Shown: positions 27,992-37,133, counted from the stretch's first letter. The stretch is 64,000 bases of DNA from Bacteroidota bacterium (GCA_035506295.1 DATJPR010000146.1:10233-74232); one strand, 5' to 3'. Notes: generated by a model not told the origin, from the sequence alone. Numbers and translations are program-made.

Positions 27992-29212
27992 ATGCACCGC
28001 TTTCTTCCTACATCCTCCATCCTCCTTCCTACTCTTAGCCGAATCCACGGATCGCTTTCTGCATACTCCTTACTGCATACTGCCTGCTTTCTGCTCTGTC
28101 TTGTCCTCGTCAGCTGTGGTGGTCTTCGCATCGAGCGTTCGATCATCGTCCGGCCTGGAGATGTCCTGACGTACGGCGGGAACAATCAGCGCACGGCGGA
28201 CTACGATTCGTCGATCCCCGATTCTCTGGTCGAATATTGGGAGAAGGATCTCTCTGCGGGGATGGGGAGCGGATCACCCCTCTTGCTCGATAGCATGGTG
28301 GTCGGAGGATCGCTTCGCGGCGAGCTGTATGCCATTAATATCCGAACAGGAAAGCTGGTCGGTTCGATCAGACTCGATGACGCCACCCCGGGTTCGCCGG
28401 CGATCGATGCCAATGTCGTCGTTCTCCCGATGAGCGGCGGGAACGAATCGATGGAGGCGTACAATCTCAATGACGGTCGGACCGTCTGGCGCAAGAAATA
28501 TGAAGACGTCGAGATGTCGCCGTTGCTCATCGCGAAGCGGGTCTATTTCGGCACGATCGCGGGATCGATTTACTGCATCGAGCGTATTTCCGGCGACGTC
28601 GTCTGGAAGTACGAGCTGCCCGATAACCGGCGGTTCAACGGGTTCCATGCTCTCCCCGCGGCGAATGATTCTCTTCTCTTCTTTGGATGCGACGACGGTT
28701 CGCTCTATGCCCTCAGAATCTCGGATGGCGCACTGCGCTGGAATACTCCAGTCGACGGTCCGATTGTCGGGGGAACGGCGCTGATGGGCGACGACGTCGT
28801 GGCGACAACCCTGCCCGGAAGCGTCATTGCAATCAATCCGGCCACCGGGGCGATACGATGGACGTCCTCCACAGGATCGGCGCTGTACGCACCGCCAGCG
28901 GTTTGCGGCGACACGGTGGTCGTTGGTGGCATTGACGGGGTCATGCATGCCATCGACGGCCGCGACGGCAAGGAAATCTGGAAAACCAATCTCGACGGGC
29001 CCGTGAACGCCGGAGCGGCGATCGCGGGCGGAAAAGTCTTCGTCGGAACGCTAAAGAAGATCTTCTTCGCGTTGAGCCTCGCCGACGGACACATCATCTT
29101 CTCGAAGGAATTGGACGGGCGCGTCAAATCCCCGGCGGTCGTCGGCTACGAAAGAGTGTTTGTCTCAACGGATGAATTCACCCTCTTCTGTTTCGGAAAG
29201 GCGGCGCGATGA
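27992..29212 (+). CDS. BamB-like lipoprotein with PQQ-type beta-propeller repeats
   Basis: Lipobox LVLVSCGG. Repeated motifs of the type G.IYA(I/L)....G...W. The start at ATG 27992 gives an unusually long N-region. Confidence 0.75.
   Translation: MHRFLPTSSILLPTLSRIHGSLSAYSLLHTACFLLCLVLVSCGGLRIERSIIVRPGDVLTYGGNNQRTADYDSSIPDSLVEYWEKDLSAGMGSGSPLLLDSMVVGGSLRGELYAINIRTGKLVGSIRLDDATPGSPAIDANVVVLPMSGGNESMEAYNLNDGRTVWRKKYEDVEMSPLLIAKRVYFGTIAGSIYCIERISGDVVWKYELPDNRRFNGFHALPAANDSLLFFGCDDGSLYALRISDGALRWNTPVDGPIVGGTALMGDDVVATTLPGSVIAINPATGAIRWTSSTGSALYAPPAVCGDTVVVGGIDGVMHAIDGRDGKEIWKTNLDGPVNAGAAIAGGKVFVGTLKKIFFALSLADGHIIFSKELDGRVKSPAVVGYERVFVSTDEFTLFCFGKAAR
28001..28036 (-). repeat. Purine-rich 36-nt element, copy B (inverted; lies in codons 4-15 of the BamB-like gene)
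   Basis: The reverse complement reads AAGAGTAGGAAGGAGGATGGAGGATGTAGGAAGAAA. See copy A at 47387-47422. Confidence 0.6.
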
Positions 29213-29982
29213 GAGTTCTTCCGTTTGCCGTAGCGGCATTGGTGGGAACCGGGGTCGCGGCCGCGGGCGTCCCGGACTCCACCAGGGCCTCACTCACAGT
29301 GGAGACACCCCGACGACGCGCGCTCGTGATCGTTGATTCCTCAATGAAGGGCTACACGCCATTGACCATCGACACGCTTGTCGCCGGGATGCACGAGGTC
29401 CGGCTTCTCGCGTTGCCGGTGACACGATGGGCCGAAGGTCCGGTCTTCGACACGGTCAGTCTCCGGCAGGGTGAGCATCGAACGCTCGAATACGCGCTGC
29501 CGCCGACTTTCAGACTGTCGTCCGCCCCTTCGGGAGCAACGGCCTGGAAAGGAGCCACCAGCTTGGGCGTCACCCCTCTCACGCTCCCGATGAAGAGCGT
29601 CCTTCCCGGGGATTCTCTCATCCTGCGTGAGAACGGATTTGAGGAGGCAATGGTGACCGTTCCGGATACCTTGCACAACGACCTCATGGTGCCGCTTAGA
29701 CGGCTCTGGGCCCCTGAAGCGTTGTCCGAGCCCATGGAGGTCGCAAAGAACGGTGAACAGACGTCGATCCATCTGCTCGGACCGATCGCGGGAGCAGTGA
29801 TAGCAGGCACGATTTCGGCTTTCTGCAAGATCCACGCGGACGATGTGAACAATCAATACCTTGCGACAGGAGATGGCACTCTACTAAGAGAAGTGCGGCG
29901 TTATGATCTCCTGTCGGCGATAACGCTCGTGGTTGCGGAAACCGGGATGGCGCTGCTCGCCTATTTCCTTCTGAATCCCTGA
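29209..29982 (+). CDS. PEGA-domain membrane protein
   Basis: ATGA overlap with the upstream gene. Signal peptide MRVLPFAVAALVGTGVAAAG. Two PEGA-like segments (VIVDSSMKGYTPLTIDTLVAGMHEVRL and ATAWKGATSLGVTPLTL). Two C-terminal hydrophobic helices. Confidence 0.6.
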   Translation: MRVLPFAVAALVGTGVAAAGVPDSTRASLTVETPRRRALVIVDSSMKGYTPLTIDTLVAGMHEVRLLALPVTRWAEGPVFDTVSLRQGEHRTLEYALPPTFRLSSAPSGATAWKGATSLGVTPLTLPMKSVLPGDSLILRENGFEEAMVTVPDTLHNDLMVPLRRLWAPEALSEPMEVAKNGEQTSIHLLGPIAGAVIAGTISAFCKIHADDVNNQYLATGDGTLLREVRRYDLLSAITLVVAETGMALLAYFLLNP

Positions 29983-30010
29983 CGGAAATCGTTCGGAACG
30001 CATGATTTCC

Positions 30011-30039
30011 TTGACTTTGTTGAATACACCACCTATATT
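30011..30039 (+). promoter_or_regulatory. Sigma-70-type promoter for the Crp/Fnr regulator gene
   Basis: TTGACT (30011-30016), a 17-nt spacer, then TATATT (30034-30039). It is flanked by TTCGGAACG direct repeats at 29992-30000 and 30041-30049. Confidence 0.5.
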
Positions 30040-30084
30040 TTTCGGAACGTGCGCGTCTGATCGTACGACCGTTCATCCCCTACT

Positions 30085-30795
30085 ATGACTGACGGCATAC
30101 TCCCTGCGACTGTAAAGGAGGACGTTGAGTTCCTGAAAAACGTCCCCATCCTCAGCGACCTCGAACCGGTTGATCTTGAAACGATCGCCCGCGTGGGCAT
30201 GAGGAAGAAGTACAAGAAGGGCAGCATCATTCTCCTGGAGGAGGAAGCGGGGGCGGCGTTGTTCGTGATCGTGAACGGCAAGGTCAAGATTGTCAGGATG
30301 GATGATGACGGGCGCGAAGTGATCCTCTCGATTCTTGGTGAGAGCGATTTCTTCGGTGAGATGGCGATTCTGGACGGGCTGGCGCGTTCCGCCAGCGTCG
30401 TTGCCATCACCAAGTCCGAGCTCTTCATGATCCACCGGCGGGATTTCCTGAAGCTGTTGCATGATTTCCCCTCGGTCGCGATCGCTCTGCTCAAGGAATT
30501 GACGAATCGTCTGCGCAAAGCGGACGCGCAGATCAAAAGTTTATCGTTGAAGGATGCGTCCGGCCGCGTCGCCAATGTCGTGCTTCAGCTGGCAGACGAA
30601 ATCGGCCGGATCCGCAAGGGCCGTGTGGAGATCGACGAGCTTCCCCTGCAGCAGGATCTCGCCAACATGGCGGGCACGTCCCGGGAAACGATTTCGAGGA
30701 TGATCCACGCCTTCATCAAGGAGGGGCACCTCGACATCGAACGCGGAAAGCTTATCATCAACGACTACGAAAAATTCAAGACGCGTTATCTCTAA
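30085..30795 (+). CDS. Crp/Fnr family transcriptional regulator
   Basis: cNMP-binding fold (FFGEMAILDG..RSASV) plus a C-terminal helix-turn-helix (TSRETISRMIHAFIKEG). Confidence 0.85.
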   Translation: MTDGILPATVKEDVEFLKNVPILSDLEPVDLETIARVGMRKKYKKGSIILLEEEAGAALFVIVNGKVKIVRMDDDGREVILSILGESDFFGEMAILDGLARSASVVAITKSELFMIHRRDFLKLLHDFPSVAIALLKELTNRLRKADAQIKSLSLKDASGRVANVVLQLADEIGRIRKGRVEIDELPLQQDLANMAGTSRETISRMIHAFIKEGHLDIERGKLIINDYEKFKTRYL

Positions 30796-30837
30796 GGTGC
30801 GCGCCTCCGTTCTTTCCAACGAGTCAGCCGGCGTCGA

Positions 30838-31659
30838 ATGGGCGGGAAAGCCGATCTACATCTTCACACGACGTATTCCGACGGCGCTCTCACTCCCCAC
30901 GACCTCCTGATCCATGCAGCTCGGGCCGGTCTGACCATCATCAGCATCACGGACCATGACAATACCGGGGCTTTGCACGAGGCCGTCGAATTCGGCGCCT
31001 CCTTCGGTATCGAGGTGATCGCGGGTGTGGAGCTCAGCACGACGGTCGATGCCCAGGACATTCATCTCCTCGGGTATTTCATCGATCCGGAGAATGCGAC
31101 GTTGCAGGAGCACCTCGCGGTGTTCCGCGTGGAGCGGAAACGGAGGGCGGAGCGCATTGTGCAGAAGCTTCACCAGCTGAAGCTCCCTCTCCCCTTCGAA
31201 GCGGTCCTTGCACGGGCCGGGACGGCGTCGATCGGTCGCCCGCATATCGCGGCGGCGCTTGTTGATGAAGGCCTCGTGGAGAACTATCAGTCGGCGTTCG
31301 CGAGATACCTCGGTTTCGGAAAACCGGCGTATGAACGCAAGTACCAGGTCCCCCCTCGCGAAGCAATCCGGATGGTTGCTGACGCAGGAGGGCTTTCCTT
31401 TGTTGCTCACCCGGGCAATGCTGTCGATGAACGGGTGATGCTTGCTCTCATCAAAGAAGGCGTTGACGGCATCGAGGTGGTGCATCCGTCGCACAGCGGT
31501 GAACGTGAAGCGTACTACCGCGGCATCGCAGAAGAGTATTTTCTTCTGACCAGCGGTGGTTCCGATTTTCACGGGGGAAAACGCAATGACCTCGATGTCC
31601 TCGGCAGGTATACTATTCCTGCGGACGTGGTGGAAATGATGCGCCGCCGTCTGCGGTGA
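30838..31659 (+). CDS. PHP-domain metal-dependent phosphoesterase (TrpH/YciV-like)
   Basis: [23 protein letters not shown] and GGSDFHG motifs. Confidence 0.85.
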   Translation: MGGKADLHLHTTYSDGALTPHDLLIHAARAGLTIISITDHDNTGALHEAVEFGASFGIEVIAGVELSTTVDAQDIHLLGYFIDPENATLQEHLAVFRVERKRRAERIVQKLHQLKLPLPFEAVLARAGTASIGRPHIAAALVDEGLVENYQSAFARYLGFGKPAYERKYQVPPREAIRMVADAGGLSFVAHPGNAVDERVMLALIKEGVDGIEVVHPSHSGEREAYYRGIAEEYFLLTSGGSDFHGGKRNDLDVLGRYTIPADVVEMMRRRLR

Positions 31660-32180
31660 TCAAGACATCCTTCACATCAGGAACAATACTCGTGCGCACA
31701 GTCCAGGGTGTGCTCTCGGCCGGAGGATTGCGCTTCGGCATCGTTGTCAGCAGATTCAACGCGCTCGTCACCGGGCGGCTGCTGGACGGGGCGGTCGACT
31801 GTCTGCTCCGCCACGGGGCGTCCGAGGATGCTCTCACCACCGTGTACTGCCCGGGGGCATTTGAAATTCCACAGGTCGCCCAGCAGATGGCGCGCAGCGG
31901 CAGGTTTGACGGCGTGATCTGTCTCGGGTGCGTCATCCGGGGGGAAACACCGCACTTCGACTACATCGCGGCGGAAGTCGCCAAGGGGATTGGCCAGATT
32001 GCGCTGCAGACAAATATCCCGACCGCGTTCGGTGTCCTGACGACGGATACGCTGGAACAGGCGCTGGAACGGGCGGGAGCCAAGGCGGGAAATAAGGGGT
32101 GGGATGCGGCGATCACGGCCATCGAGCTTGTTCAGCTCGCGCGTGCACTTCAGGGGGGGCCCGCTGAAAAGCGGTCGTGA
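31656..32180 (+). CDS. ribH: 6,7-dimethyl-8-ribityllumazine synthase
   Basis: [22 protein letters not shown] and GVLT motifs. The GTG at 31656 overlaps the upstream stop as GTGA. An internal GTG at 31692 (VRTVQG) is an alternative start. Confidence 0.9.
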   Translation: MIKTSFTSGTILVRTVQGVLSAGGLRFGIVVSRFNALVTGRLLDGAVDCLLRHGASEDALTTVYCPGAFEIPQVAQQMARSGRFDGVICLGCVIRGETPHFDYIAAEVAKGIGQIALQTNIPTAFGVLTTDTLEQALERAGAKAGNKGWDAAITAIELVQLARALQGGPAEKRS

Positions 32181-32190
32181 TGGTCTGGCT

Positions 32191-34497
32191 ATGAAGAGAG
32201 GACTTCAAGGGCATATGAGCGTGGGGAGATGGGTTGTGCTGGGAATGATCTGCGCTTCGACGGTGTCGGCGTTCGCACAGGGTGTCGGCACCTGGCGGAA
32301 CTACACGTCGATGAAGAACGTGACCGCCCTGGCGCGTGCCGGCTCGGACTATTGGGCATCGACCTCCGGCGGACTTTTCCGCTGGTCGCCCGGCAACAAC
32401 TCTCTCCTTCGCCTCACCAGCGCCGACGGCCTACAAAGTATCGCCCTCACCTCCGTCGCCGTCGACTCCGACGGTTACGTCTGGAGCGGCTCCACCACCG
32501 GCTACCTTCATGTGTACCAGCCTTCAACCGGATCCATCCGCGTCGTCTCCGATCTCGCAAATACAAACCAGGTCAACAAACAGATCGATGAGCTGATCGT
32601 TTCCGGCGACACGGTCCTTGTCTGCACCGAATTCGGCCTGAGCATTTTCCGCCGGTCGAAGTTCGAGTTCGGCGACTCGTTCACACGCTTCGGCTCCATC
32701 CCGACGGGCACGCGCATTGCCGTGGTCAGCGCGGCGATCGCCAACGGCAGAGTTTGGGCCGGCATCACGGATGAAGGGACCCAGAACCCTCTCAACCGCA
32801 TTGCCTCGGCGCCGCTCGATGGTTCCAACCTGCTCGTGCCCGACGCGTGGACGCTCGAGACGCTCGGCAGCGGATCGGGCTACCCGACGGCCCTCGTGGC
32901 ATTCAACGGGACGGTCTACGCCGGCATGACCGACGGGCTCTATGTGCGTACCCCGGCAGGCTGGAATGTCGTTCCTGCATTCAGCGGTCAGTCAATCGTC
33001 GCCCTGACAGTTTCGGGATCCCACCTCATCGTGGCGACAACGGGGACGCAATTGTTTGCCGTCGCCACGGATAGTTCCTCGGCGCCATTTGGGCCCGTCC
33101 TCGCATACCCGCCGACGTCGATCGGTAGTGCCCAGGGCTCATCGCCGAACCCCGTCGTCGGAACGAACGGCGGAGGGATGTACACCTACGTCAACAACTT
33201 GTGGTCCGCTCACCTGCCGAACGGGCCGAACTCAAACGAGTTCACCAGCGTCGGAGTGGATGCCCACGGCGTGGTCTGGGGTGCCACCGGGCCCAATCAT
33301 GGGACCGGCATCAACCGCTTCGACGGAACCACGTGGACGGCATTGACGAAGTCCAATAGCGTGCTCCCTGAGGACCAGTACTACAAGATCTCCATCGGGT
33401 GCAACGGGTCCGTGTGGGCGAGTTCGTGGGGCTGGGGGTATGTGGAAATTCCGAACGGTTCGACCACGGTTGACTCTTCGCACATTTACAATACGAATGT
33501 CGGGATGGTCGGCATCTCCAACAACACCAACTTCATCGTCGGCAGCAACGTCGTGTGCGACGGCAATGGCAATACCTGGGCGGCCGTCCTCAGCGCGCTG
33601 GACAAGAACATCCTGGCGGTACGCACGCCGGATGGGAAATGGCACCACCTCCCTATCTACTACGGCGGCGTGAAGATCACCAACCTGGTGCTCTATGCCG
33701 TCGATCGGGTTCTGGCCGTTGACGGGTATGACAATCTCTGGGCCGTTTCGCGGGACCCGGCCAACATGGGGGTGCTCTGTATGCAGAACGGCGGCGCGCT
33801 CGACAGCGTCAGCAACCTCTTGCTGAGGAGTTCGAACGGCCTGCCGAGCGATAACGTCACGTCGGTCGTCGTGGATATGGACAACACGGTCTGGATCGGG
33901 ACCGACCGCGGGATCGCGATTGTCCTTGACCCGTCGAGCCCCGCCAATTCGATCGCGGCGTACAAACCGCTTCTCGGGGAAAGCATTAATACCATTGCCA
34001 TCGACCCGCTGAATCAAAAATGGGTGGGCACGCCGGAAGGCGTGGTGGTTCTGTCCCCCGACGGCACACAGGTCATTACGTCGTATACCGTGGAGACGAC
34101 GCAGGGCAAACTCATCGACAACAATGTGCAGAGCATCGCCGTCGACCCCAAGACGGGCGCGGTGTATTTCGCCTCCCTGTCGGGTCTCGCAAGCCTGTAC
34201 ACCACCGCGGCGGCGCCTGTGGAAACCGACCAGGGTTTCAAAGTCTACCCGAATCCGTTCCGATTGCCCGCGACGACATCCCTGACGATTGACGGGCTCC
34301 TTGCCAATTCGAAGATCAAGATCCTCACGATCAACGGTCGTCTCGTCAGGGACCTGACCACCGACGGCGGGAGGATCGGCTCCTGGGATGGCCGGGACAA
34401 TGGAGGAAGCCTCGTGTCGTCGGGCGTCTATTTCATTATCGGGTACACGGACGACGGGAATACCGTCAAGGGAAAAGTGGCGGTCTTGCGACGTTAG
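32191..34497 (+). CDS. Secreted two-component-regulator-propeller-like repeat protein with T9SS C-terminal sorting domain
   Basis: Track ORF trimmed to ATG 32191 (MKRGLQGHMSVGRWVVLGMICASTVSAFAQ). Repeated W(V/I/A)G(T/S)..G motifs. C-terminal KVYPNPF....GVYFI...GKVAVLR pattern. Confidence 0.75.
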   Translation: MKRGLQGHMSVGRWVVLGMICASTVSAFAQGVGTWRNYTSMKNVTALARAGSDYWASTSGGLFRWSPGNNSLLRLTSADGLQSIALTSVAVDSDGYVWSGSTTGYLHVYQPSTGSIRVVSDLANTNQVNKQIDELIVSGDTVLVCTEFGLSIFRRSKFEFGDSFTRFGSIPTGTRIAVVSAAIANGRVWAGITDEGTQNPLNRIASAPLDGSNLLVPDAWTLETLGSGSGYPTALVAFNGTVYAGMTDGLYVRTPAGWNVVPAFSGQSIVALTVSGSHLIVATTGTQLFAVATDSSSAPFGPVLAYPPTSIGSAQGSSPNPVVGTNGGGMYTYVNNLWSAHLPNGPNSNEFTSVGVDAHGVVWGATGPNHGTGINRFDGTTWTALTKSNSVLPEDQYYKISIGCNGSVWASSWGWGYVEIPNGSTTVDSSHIYNTNVGMVGISNNTNFIVGSNVVCDGNGNTWAAVLSALDKNILAVRTPDGKWHHLPIYYGGVKITNLVLYAVDRVLAVDGYDNLWAVSRDPANMGVLCMQNGGALDSVSNLLLRSSNGLPSDNVTSVVVDMDNTVWIGTDRGIAIVLDPSSPANSIAAYKPLLGESINTIAIDPLNQKWVGTPEGVVVLSPDGTQVITSYTVETTQGKLIDNNVQSIAVDPKTGAVYFASLSGLASLYTTAAAPVETDQGFKVYPNPFRLPATTSLTIDGLLANSKIKILTINGRLVRDLTTDGGRIGSWDGRDNGGSLVSSGVYFIIGYTDDGNTVKGKVAVLRR

Positions 34498-34659
34498 GGC
34501 CGTTCCAACAAACTGATTGTACGGAAAGGCTCTTGAATTGCATGTTGGAGGGGCACGGGGAATCAATCACCAACGAGTGTGTCCCGGGATGGCCGGACCG
34601 GGACCGCAGGTGCAACAATCCATCGGCCACAGTCACTTCGATACAAGATGTAAGGAGGC

Positions 34660-34950
34660 GTGGATTTGGACAACAACGGCTACAAAGATGAGATCTTCAC
34701 GAAACGGGTGAGGGCGGGAAAGCGCACTTACTTCTTCGATGTGAAGGCTACAAAATCCGAAAAGGATTTTTACATTACGATCACCGAAAGCAAGCGGATC
34801 GGTGACGACGAATACGAAAAGCACAAGATCTTTCTGTACAAGGAAGACTTCGAGAAGTTCCGCGAGGCGCTGGACGAGACGGTCGAGCACGTCCAGACGC
34901 AGCTCCTGGAGCACGGAGAGCCGGCTGCGGTCGCAAAGACCGAAGCGTGA
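34660..34950 (+). CDS. Bacterial PUR-like nucleic-acid-binding protein (DUF3276-type)
   Basis: 96 aa containing RAGKRTYFFDVKATKSEKDFYITITESKR and EKHKIFLYKEDFEKF, the pattern I recall for Bacteroidetes/Chlorobi PUR homologs. GTG start. Confidence 0.7.
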   Translation: MDLDNNGYKDEIFTKRVRAGKRTYFFDVKATKSEKDFYITITESKRIGDDEYEKHKIFLYKEDFEKFREALDETVEHVQTQLLEHGEPAAVAKTEA

Positions 34951-35242
34951 TCGCTGATCGTACACTCCTGTTCCTCAGAGATCGAGCGTCATTCTCTTCA
35001 ACAACGATTCTTTAAGTGACGCCGGCAAGAAGCCACAGGCTGCCGACCCGTTCCCGCGAGGACTTCCCCGTGAGGATGGGGTGACTTCGACGCTCTGAGT
35101 ACACATCCATTTCCCGCCGCTCTACCTCCCCTCGGCGTGGTTTGCACGTGCCGCGTCACGACGTTGTGTCGTGGCGCCGGCGTTTCTTTGCCTGCCGCCT
35201 TCCGGGGATGACGGGCGCGGATCCTCTTTCTCTCGAGGTGCC

Positions 35243-37018
35243 ATGAGCTGGCTGTACGCCGTGAGCATGCGGGATCATCAGGTTCGCACGAACACTCCCC
35301 CTGCGATGGCCGATGCCATCGGCGTGATCTCAACGCCCGGTCTCTTCGTCGCGGTGGGGGGAAATCCGCGCACGGCATTTTTCCACCACGACAAAGATTC
35401 CTCCACCGGTTGGGTGGTCGTCGGTCTCGGCATCTCGCGGAGCGAATCGGACGCCCACATCCTTACACGGTCCGAATGGGACCGGCTGCTGGCGGGCAAG
35501 GAATTCGAACCAGCCCGCCTCGACGGCCATTTTGCGGTTCTCCGATGGACAGGCAACCACCTCGAGTGCTTCACCGACCAACTTGGACTTCGTGCGCTCT
35601 ACCATGCGGAGGGCAGTGACGGGATCCACCTTTCCACAAGAATCGACTGGCTCGCGCGCGCGACCGATCATACCGACCCGGATTTCGAGGCACTCGGAAG
35701 CCGATGGATGATGTTCAATCAGGTTTCGTATGCGTCCTGCGTGAGAGGGATCGAGCGAATCGGCCCCCGTGGATACGCGCTCTTTCGAGAAGGCACGCTC
35801 ATCCGGAGCGGCTCCACACTTTGGTCGCCCGATTTCGAGCCGGATACACCGGAGCATGCCGAAGAGCTCCTCCGCGGATACCTGCGGTGCGCTGCGTCTC
35901 AGCCTGAAGCGCCGTCTCTCGGGCTGTCGGGCGGCGTAGACTCTCGCCTCCTGCTTTCGCTCGTCTCGAGCATGTCACTTGACAGGTTTGGCGTGCACAC
36001 GTTCGGGGCCGGGGACGATCCGGACGTCCTGATCGCGCGCCGCATCTCTTCCACCCTTGAAGTCCCTTCCCAGTATCTTCATGATCCTCTCCCGGATGTC
36101 CAGACGTGCCTGCAAGGCATAGGCGCGTTTGTTTCCCAAACGTTGCTCGTGGAACCGGTCACGTCGTATGCGAAACTGCGATACTACCCGAAACTGCACG
36201 ATTCAGGCCGCTTCTTGATCGATGGCGGATTCGGAGAGATCGCACGCAGGCAATACCTCAATCGTGTCGTCAGACTCGGCCCCACGGCGCTTCGCCGCCG
36301 GGACGTGCCGAACTTGTACCGGCTCATGCGCTCACCGCGTGCCGACATCTTCTCCCGGGATGCAACCCGACATCTCGAGTTCGGTGCGCAGCGGAGCCTT
36401 CAGGACGCCATCCAACTGATGCCGGCGGTCGAAAAGATCGGCGTCGAGAACTTTGTTGATCTGCTGGCCTTGAGGACGAGGATTCCCAATTATGGAGCAC
36501 CCGAACAGGGGCGCCTCGACGCAGAAATCATCAACCTCATGCCGTTGGTCCAACCCTCGTTCCTCCGTGCAATCTTCGGAATACCACCGAAGGTCCGATC
36601 GAATGCCGGCCTGTATTGCGATATGATCCGCCGGGCGAATCCCCTTCTTGCCCGGTTCCCGCTGGCAAAAGGCGGCTACATCCACAGGTTTGGTCTGTCA
36701 TCGAACCTGAGCTGGCTCTCCCTAAAATTGAAATCGAGGGTCAGGAGAGGCTTCGTCGATCCCGAGCCTGATCTCCTTCTTGGGAGAATTCGGGAGTTCG
36801 TTTTCGACCTTTCTCGCTCATCGTCCGTCGCCTCGAATCCCGCATACGACTCCAAAAAGGTGATCGTGGCCGTCGAGAAGTATTATGGCGGAAACCGATC
36901 CTTCAGATCTGTCGTTGATTGGTGGTTGACATTCGAGCTTTGGCGCCGATCTCTTTCCGGATCGATCCTCGGTGGGGGGGTGCGGAAGGTCGGAAGTCCT
37001 GAGACCCTCTCATTGTAG
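35243..37018 (+). CDS. Asparagine-synthetase-like PP-loop ATPase lacking the N-terminal catalytic Cys (orphan)
   Basis: PP-loop LGLSGGVDSRLLL and an AsnB-like DGHFAVLRW segment. The N-terminus reads MSWLYAV rather than MCG. The in-frame GTG at 35171 is an alternative start. Confidence 0.7.
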   Translation: MSWLYAVSMRDHQVRTNTPPAMADAIGVISTPGLFVAVGGNPRTAFFHHDKDSSTGWVVVGLGISRSESDAHILTRSEWDRLLAGKEFEPARLDGHFAVLRWTGNHLECFTDQLGLRALYHAEGSDGIHLSTRIDWLARATDHTDPDFEALGSRWMMFNQVSYASCVRGIERIGPRGYALFREGTLIRSGSTLWSPDFEPDTPEHAEELLRGYLRCAASQPEAPSLGLSGGVDSRLLLSLVSSMSLDRFGVHTFGAGDDPDVLIARRISSTLEVPSQYLHDPLPDVQTCLQGIGAFVSQTLLVEPVTSYAKLRYYPKLHDSGRFLIDGGFGEIARRQYLNRVVRLGPTALRRRDVPNLYRLMRSPRADIFSRDATRHLEFGAQRSLQDAIQLMPAVEKIGVENFVDLLALRTRIPNYGAPEQGRLDAEIINLMPLVQPSFLRAIFGIPPKVRSNAGLYCDMIRRANPLLARFPLAKGGYIHRFGLSSNLSWLSLKLKSRVRRGFVDPEPDLLLGRIREFVFDLSRSSSVASNPAYDSKKVIVAVEKYYGGNRSFRSVVDWWLTFELWRRSLSGSILGGGVRKVGSPETLSL

Positions 37019-37104
37019 CCCTGTCCCATAGAGCTTAATGTCCTCACGGGATGGCTTTTTCTGACAATTTTTCAGGTTTTGCGCAAGTGGTGAGCAAATC
37101 CTGG

Positions 37105-37133
37105 TTGACTATGACGAAATTGCTGGTTATATT
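37105..37133 (+). promoter_or_regulatory. Sigma-70-type promoter for the yceD-rpmF-plsX-fab operon
   Basis: TTGACT (37105-37110), a 17-nt spacer, then TATATT (37128-37133). These are the same hexamers as the crp-family promoter. It lies 64 nt upstream of ATG 37198. Confidence 0.5.

Noticed and set aside
34527-34542. AGGCTC-TTGAA-TTGCA upstream of the PUR-like gene, considered as a third sigma-54 promoter.
   Set aside because: The -24 half deviates from TGGCAC at two positions. The site is 118 nt from the start codon. No upstream inverted repeats were seen, so it is too weak to call.
35016-35084. A 22-codon GTG ORF (VTPARSHRLPTRSREDFPVRMG) upstream of the AsnB-like gene, considered as a lasso-peptide or RiPP precursor.
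   Set aside because: It has no leader/core features (no Thr at the penultimate leader position, no Gly/Ala/Ser/Cys first core residue followed by Asp/Glu at position 7-9 in a plausible core). It has no ribosome-binding context. No B-protease or export gene is nearby, so a lasso cluster is unsupported.
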